DNA of 64,000 nucleotides from Tubulanus polymorphus (lineage: Eukaryota > Animalia > Nemertea): positions 20,373,101 through 20,437,100 of the forward strand of contig NC_134025.1 in assembly GCF_964204645.1 (NCBI RefSeq). Reading direction: 5' to 3'. Below the pieces are notes generated by a model. The model made no database searches and was not told where the DNA came from. It was given only the letters and a program-made list of their open reading frames with translations. The position numbers and the translations under genes are program-made. Below are positions 59,801 through 64,000 of the stretch, piece by piece. The number at the start of each line of letters is the position of its first letter. Position 1 is the first letter of the stretch.

Positions 59801-62779
59801 GATATTAAACTCGGTTTAGCTCAAGGATTATTTCTTCGCGCTTTGAGAATTTGCGACCCCTCATTTCTACCCGATGAAATTCACCATATTAACCAATCTC
59901 TCAAAAAACTTCCCTACCCCGATTTCCTATTGAAAAAATCTCTACTTAAAGCTCGTACTACGCATTTTAGAAATAACAACCTTAGAACTCCTACGTTGGC
60001 TACCGATAAACAGCCTATCATTGTACCGTATGTACCTTTCCTCGAGAATTCTAAAGTTTCTCTTCGGTCACTAAATAAACAACTTATCTTTAAATACAAT
60101 AATAAACTTAGTAACATATTGATTAATAACAAACCGAAAACCGAATCCCTAAACTGTGGAATTTATAAAATACCTTGTAAAGTTTGCGACAAAGTATATA
60201 TAGGAGAAACAGGTCGGAATCTTAATCAACGCATAAAAGAGCATAAATTAGATGTAAAAAACTTTAAACCTGAAAGCGGAGTTGCTAGTCACGTTTTTCA
60301 GACTTCACACAATTTTGATTTTGCTAATGCTGAATTAATTTACCCTTGCAGCGATAAAACTAGAAGACATATTTTGGAATCTGCATTAATTATTGAAAAT
60401 CCGAACAACGTTGTAAACCTTAACAATGGTTTTTCACCCCATAATAAACTTATATCAAAAGTCCTCTGTAAACTGGTTAAACTCAACACTTGATTTCCCC
60501 TTTGATTATTTGATATTTGTTCTCTCATCAATTTCGTCTCTGACTTAACTTGTATTCACCTTTGTTTTAATTTAAGTGCCCCCTAGTTTGTCTTTCTTTT
60601 TACTACTGACTTTAAGTTTCATTTATATTTATACTCACTATTGTTGTTTATAATCACCCCTTAGTTTGCTTCCCTTTAATCTATTTTAGCGTGTAACTGT
60701 TTCTACGTTAATTTTCCTTTAGTTTGTATCATCTCCGATTACTTGAATTAGTCTCTTTGTCTCTGGATTGTATATATATCTCATAATTTCTGTAGTATCT
60801 CATTATTCCTGAAGATGACTATTAGGATATAGTCGAAACGTTGAAATAAACTACTATCTCGAAGTTTCTTTTTCAGACTTTTTATTATCATTGTGGGATT
60901 CTCTCCTCATCGCGTCAACACGGATATAGTGTTCTACCAATCGTGATCTGAAGGTCTTATCAATCAATTAAGTGCAAATTTTTAGGACAAATTTGTGCCA
61001 TTTTTGAAATAAGTGCCTGTAAATGAACGGCCACCCAAAATGGTTCAGCACATGACCGTATGCTAAATGGCGGTTTCAAGTTATATAGATCATTGGTTTA
61101 CAGTTATGTCCTAGGTAAATGATAATGAGGAAATGCAGAATCAACTGCATGAAACGATTTAGAAAATCTTCATAGTGTTAACTTCAAACTGGTCTCAGAA
61201 TCTGGTTGTGACGAATATGAATCGATCACGGATAAATGAAAACAGATAATACTTTTTACGATAATTCTTCAGATACGTAGATTTTTCTATAACTTTTAAA
61301 CTATATTTCTTTAAATGTGGGGGGATTTTTACCAGGGGGAATTTTTACCTAGGGGGATTTCTACCTGTTACCCATATTTGAGATTAGATTTTTGAAGCGC
61401 AATCCTTTGAACGAACAGGAAAAAGGTATTTTGAAATGACTACTATACATAAGCTAATCCAGTAGAACATAGAAAGAGCGCTTATTCCAAGAAAGGAACC
61501 GATTTGAACTCCTCGCCACGTATAATGATATGCTTTGATCGCAATTCATAGTCTATCAAATCATTGGTCATAAACACTTGAAACGCTGTTGATGATGTTT
61601 TGTAACCAGATGGAGACCGGTTCAACACCAGCAGGGGCGTATTGTTATGTGGTCAGTTGAAGTCCAGCTGTCATCGTTGAATCGAAAAGACTTCCACAAC
61701 GTTTATCGATATGACTTATGAATAGGGTGAATAAGTCCGTACAATATTAGTGATAAGAGGTAAGCAGATGCATGATAAAAGCTTGCGACGAGCATCACAT
61801 CGGTCACAGCTTCCGAGGTGCTTGTAGCGCATTGTCCCAGAAACATCGAGCAGATGCCGGTTTAGCATTTCTCGATTGAAATAAAGAACCCATTTTCGAA
61901 GGTTGCTATGGCGTTGTTCGGGTTGTTTTTAAACTTTGTTAGTATTTTTCCTCTAAGTGCAGTATGCACAACTCAACTACTTCAGTACTTAAGATAAGTG
62001 TTTATTGAATGTATAAACTAGAGAATTGTTTAATGGGTGGCATCCGTAAGGTACCCTTCTCCCCGTGTACAACTATCCACCACAACTCAGAAAAGAGGAT
62101 ATTCAATAATGAAGATTGAATAGAGGCTTATCGATTTAACGTACTGCTAAATGGGCAAATGGAAACTCTAAAGAAGCAGTTTTCGCTGTATGTTTATAAT
62201 CCATGAATAAGATATTGATAGCTTAGATTACTCAAAGATGATAGAAAATGAAATATCTCATCCCTTCATTCAGTTTCTGTGGTTAATCTTGAACTTCTGT
62301 CCAAATATTTCCTACACATACAAAATATATTCCTCCAGGATTGCTATGAATGCCTACTTCATACATGGCCTTGAAAATCCAAATGAAGTAGAGAATTTCA
62401 AAGATTTCATAATTTCATTTTGTTAATTCTGTTACCGTCAATAATAGGTAAAATGTGATTGCGAGATGCCTGGGGTTCGAATGCAACAGTACTCTTAGTA
62501 GTTATTTTTGGTAAGACACTTTGTCTAAATTGCTCCTCCACACTGTTACTAGAGATGGCTGATTCACACAGATATGTACTAAAGGTAATAATACCAAAGT
62601 ATGAAGAGTGCAGTCTTACTGTATTCTTGAGATCTTAATATTCCTTACCTTTGTTGCAGAGTATGTCACCCCAATTGACGTCACAAATACACTCCCATGG
62701 AGACCTACAAGATCCGTGTTGACATCCCGGGTAAGCAATGCACTGGTCACAAAGCGGACCCTGCCAACCATACGCGCAC
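41479..62779 (-). CDS. JAG1: Jagged/Serrate Notch ligand, 5'-partial (18 coding exons in window)
   Basis: The spliced product has EGF1(end) to EGF16 with the Jagged-specific interrupted EGF10, a VWC/Cys-rich domain, a TM helix, the intracellular [16 protein letters not shown] motif and a hydrophobic C-terminus (LVVV*). All introns are GT-AG with compatible phases. Signal, C2 and DSL exons lie beyond 64000. Confidence 0.95.
42211..42379 (-). CDS. JAG1: Jagged juxtamembrane exon
   Basis: [56 protein letters not shown]; matches the Jagged KR..NSS...AV.EV.V pattern; phase 0 to 1. Confidence 0.85.
42643..42774 (-). CDS. JAG1: Jagged membrane-proximal exon
   Basis: [44 protein letters not shown]|gtgagt; 132 nt. 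Confidence 0.88.
42853..43119 (-). CDS. JAG1: Jagged Cys-rich exon
   Basis: MFCGPRNCL...[12 protein letters not shown]...[15 protein letters not shown]; 267 nt. Confidence 0.92.
43853..43968 (-). CDS. JAG1: Jagged exon VWC N-half (alternative in-frame acceptor at 43989)
   Basis: [38 protein letters not shown]|gtatgt. Confidence 0.88.
44291..44404 (-). CDS. JAG1: Jagged exon EGF16
   Basis: [37 protein letters not shown]; 114 nt. Confidence 0.92.
44743..44828 (-). CDS. JAG1: Jagged exon EGF15b
   Basis: (C)[28 protein letters not shown]; 86 nt. Confidence 0.92.
45092..45400 (-). mobile_element. MITE family A full copy, nested in a Tc1/mariner-type MITE (44929-45412)
   Basis: AGCCGCAATCA...GTGATTGCAGCT; the host TIR GGAACCTCGTTACAACGA / TCGTTAT..AGGTTCCACTG is split by the insertion. 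Confidence 0.72.
45461..45719 (-). CDS. JAG1: Jagged exon EGF13-14 + start of EGF15
   Basis: [24 protein letters not shown]...NINDCNPFP; 259 nt. Confidence 0.92.
45806..45919 (-). CDS. JAG1: Jagged exon EGF12
   Basis: [37 protein letters not shown]; 114 nt. Confidence 0.92.
46004..46117 (-). CDS. JAG1: Jagged exon EGF11
   Basis: [37 protein letters not shown]; 114 nt. Confidence 0.92.
46927..47200. mobile_element. piggyBac-type MITE
   Basis: TTAA|CCCTTTCAGTGC...GCACTGAAAGGG|TTAA; a related inverted copy lies at 14014-14272. Confidence 0.8.
47344..47511 (-). CDS. JAG1: Jagged exon EGF10 (with insertion)
   Basis: VDSCTIST...[33 protein letters not shown]; 168 nt. Confidence 0.92.
47860..48210 (+). 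mobile_element. Two tandem partial MITE family A copies
   Basis: 47860-47974 and ~47976-48210 each carry the 3' half and TIR-like end. Confidence 0.55.
48869..49019 (-). CDS. JAG1: Jagged exon EGF9 + start of EGF10
   Basis: [50 protein letters not shown]; 151 nt. Confidence 0.92.
49125..49298 (-). CDS. JAG1: Jagged exon EGF7b-EGF8
   Basis: [37 protein letters not shown]...; 174 nt. Confidence 0.93.
49459..49505 (-). CDS. JAG1: Jagged 47-nt exon (first half of EGF7, [15 protein letters not shown])
   Basis: cgtag acceptor, gtgagt donor; phase 1 to 0, bridging the flanking exons. Confidence 0.88.
49809..50119 (-). mobile_element. MITE family A full copy
   Basis: TTA|GCTGCGATCACACG...CGTGTGATCGCGGC|TTA; possible TTA TSD, suggesting PIF/Harbinger type. 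Confidence 0.75.
50179..50406 (-). CDS. JAG1: Jagged exon EGF5-6
   Basis: [15 protein letters not shown]...[30 protein letters not shown]; 228 nt. Confidence 0.93.
51066..51179 (-). CDS. JAG1: Jagged exon EGF4
   Basis: [36 protein letters not shown]; 114 nt. Confidence 0.92.
51277..51396 (-). CDS. JAG1: Jagged exon EGF3 ([18 protein letters not shown]...)
   Basis: [11 protein letters not shown] signature; 120 nt, phase 1-1. Confidence 0.93.
51931..52207 (-). mobile_element. MITE family A copy (one end missing)
   Basis: AGCCGCTATCACACGGAG start and shared interior. Confidence 0.7.
54558..54608 (+). ncRNA. Solo minimal hammerhead ribozyme motif (different PLE-type family)
   Basis: AAGATAAAAC-CTGACGA-T-GATCTC(tagggt)GAGATC-GAAA-CGTC-GTGTCTT: intact core, perfect stem II, GUC triplet. 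Confidence 0.75.
55424..55688 (-). mobile_element. MITE family A partial copy
   Basis: Shared interior ending CGTGCGATCGCCGCT. Confidence 0.65.
56610..56779 (-). mobile_element. MITE family A partial copy
   Basis: Shared interior (caaatttggcccgagcctaattagaga...aaacaatgctt). Confidence 0.6.
58293..58612 (-). repeat. Left (inverted) pseudo-LTR
   Basis: Reverse complement of 60590-60909, about 4 mismatches by eye. Confidence 0.92.
58353..58399 (-). ncRNA. Second copy of the pLTR hammerhead (sense in jagged pre-mRNA)
   Basis: Exact reverse complement of the 60803-60849 motif. Confidence 0.72.
58580..60493 (+). CDS. PLE reverse transcriptase + GIY-YIG endonuclease ORF (probably RT-dead)
   Basis: [61 protein letters not shown] (for RYVDD), [36 protein letters not shown] motifs. 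Confidence 0.93.
   Translation: MKLKVSSKKKDGLNFSLPHQDIHVLDFVTQLEYRKSSPNSLDYNFIFMNLQAICDQLNRNLFEYLPRRFRLALQELRKLKTIKISKADKGGKIVILDLDNYNVKMQSLLDNPGVYKKLKSNPLPRMQANFNRSLSDIIKRFPSAKETLNKFHSRLSSLPYIYGLPKIHKDNVPLRPIVSNCNSPTYRLSKFLAKQLSPVLGSFSLSHLRHNQHLLERIKNIIPGNDKFISFDVTSLFTNVPLGPTLDFLKRRLPSLNINFGIPTDCIIDLISICTTDSFFEFNNCFYEQTFGIAMGNPLSPILANLFLEHVESEILPLYTDIHPKIWLRYVYDVLALVPFDFNVDNFLIYLNSLYPSLAFTYEWESNSKIPFLDVLIFNCGSFLKFAVYRKPTNAESYLHYFSFTSPDIKLGLAQGLFLRALRICDPSFLPDEIHHINQSLKKLPYPDFLLKKSLLKARTTHFRNNNLRTPTLATDKQPIIVPYVPFLENSKVSLRSLNKQLIFKYNNKLSNILINNKPKTESLNCGIYKIPCKVCDKVYIGETGRNLNQRIKEHKLDVKNFKPESGVASHVFQTSHNFDFANAELIYPCSDKTRRHILESALIIENPNNVVNLNNGFSPHNKLISKVLCKLVKLNT
60590..60909 (+). repeat. Right pseudo-LTR
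   Basis: Matches 58293-58612 in inverted orientation; contains the hammerhead motif and AATAAA. Confidence 0.92.
60803..60849 (+). ncRNA. Minimal type-I hammerhead ribozyme motif in PLE pLTR
   Basis: TTATTC-CTGAAGA-T-GACTAT(taggat)ATAGTC-GAAA-CG-TT-GAAATAA: intact CUGANGA/GAAA core, 6-bp stem II, palindromic ACGT stem III, GUU triplet. Confidence 0.75.
62649..62779 (-). CDS. JAG1: Jagged exon: end of EGF1 + EGF2 ([43 protein letters not shown])
   Basis: DOS-type EGF signature; ccag acceptor, G|gtaagg donor; 131 nt. Confidence 0.93.
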
Positions 62780-64000
62780 CTGGAAATATGTTACATAATT
62801 CATTGTCAAAAAAGTTCGAAATTAAATATATTCTATATTTCGACTCAAAAACTTCTTAACTTAGATTAATGATGGCATATATTTCATTCTGTTAACAACG
62901 TAAGCTAAATTTGAACAACTGATTTCAGCAAATGATCAAATATATCTTATTCAGTATATCATCCTAAATCTTATTCAAACTCGCAGACCTGCCAACTTAT
63001 AAATTATCATATCACGGACAAAAAAACTAATTTATCCGGGACAAAATAAGGAGAAATGAAATCAATTTTTTAGAGGGACAATAGAAATTGTTTTAGGGAC
63101 AACGATAGATTTTCTATAAAACACTAGCACGGACAGTTAGGCATTTTCAGGGACTGTACCTGACAATCAGGGACAGCTTGCAGCTCGGAAATCAGGCAAA
63201 ATTGTTACATACAGTAGCTGACAATTTACAAATACATATTCCTCATTTTGCCACTGGATATTTAGAAGTCTTTATGCTAGACAATCTATGGGTAAGATTA
63301 TCATATCAAACTACGATATCTTTATTCATCTTATGTATCCAGTATTTATTGTCCGGTGGCAATGATTAATCATATTAAGCGATAGACTACACATAACTTG
63401 ATACAGTTCTTCATATTGTGGTTTCGATAGTCAGTCTGGTATTTAGTACTAATACTCATTAATCACCCCGATCCATTATTTCTCTAGTTACGATGATGAC
63501 GACCAAATAAAGAAGAGCTCCGTATCTAAGCTCTTTATGATAAAGAACGTAAGGAAGTAATTGACCGAATCCGTCTGCGACGGTAAATCAATCTCCTTGA
63601 CGAGTATGGTAGTTCATTCATCAGATCTTATGGCCGGTTGAAATCGAAAAGACAATCTCAGTTCTAAATAGATCTAATTAGCCTAATGGAAAAACGACTT
63701 CGACGTACAAAAATGTCGAGGCGATGAAACAAAAAACAAATATGAATTATCGACAAGTTTGTCAAATCTGGACAATTTCTAAAAGGCATTTCTAATTCAT
63801 TCATAGCTCGACCAACCTACGTAAAAAGCCAGTCAATGAACGTCATAATTCACTATTTGTCATAATGTCAAACAACCCGCAGATGACATATAGTAAGACG
63901 AAACCACTTACTCGGGCTAGACTCTGTCCCGACTAGACTGGACAAATTGAAAATGTTTGCATACCGAGCTAGCCCGATATAACATTATCTTAATCATACC

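Larger units (their letters stand above)
58293..60945 (+). mobile_element. Penelope-like retroelement (Penelope/Poseidon-type), 5'-truncated, with inverted pseudo-LTRs
   Basis: RT + GIY-YIG ORF; 320-bp inverted repeats at 58293-58612 and 60590-60909; 36-nt 3' extension at 60910-60945; direct repeat ATCTGAAGGTCT(T) at 58281 and 60946. Confidence 0.93.

Overview
AT-rich, intron-rich invertebrate animal genomic DNA, with no prokaryotic features. It holds two convergent genes, both reconstructed by hand from GT-AG boundaries and reading phase, and both starting outside the window. On + is the 3' part of a synaptotagmin-14/16-like gene (3246-30525: phase-0 linker exons, C2A and C2B). On - is most of a Jagged/Serrate Notch ligand (62779-41479: EGF1/2 to EGF16, VWC, TM and intracellular tail). 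The 11.2-kb jagged intron carries a recent Penelope-like retroelement with an RT + GIY-YIG ORF, 320-bp inverted pseudo-LTRs, a 36-nt 3' tail, a 12-13-bp TSD and an RT catalytic-site substitution. There are at least four loci with minimal hammerhead-ribozyme motifs from about three PLE-type families; three of these loci share a short 3'-terminal motif. Other points of interest are a candidate 239-codon internal alternative first exon that would give a TM-less (SYT16-like) isoform, a 27-nt UGC-flanked microexon, a 2.6-kb nested foldback element and many MITEs. I found nothing that is demonstrably a new biological system. The best leads are the hammerhead/PLE remnants and the Syt14 isoform architecture. 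All alignments were done by eye and no database searches were run.
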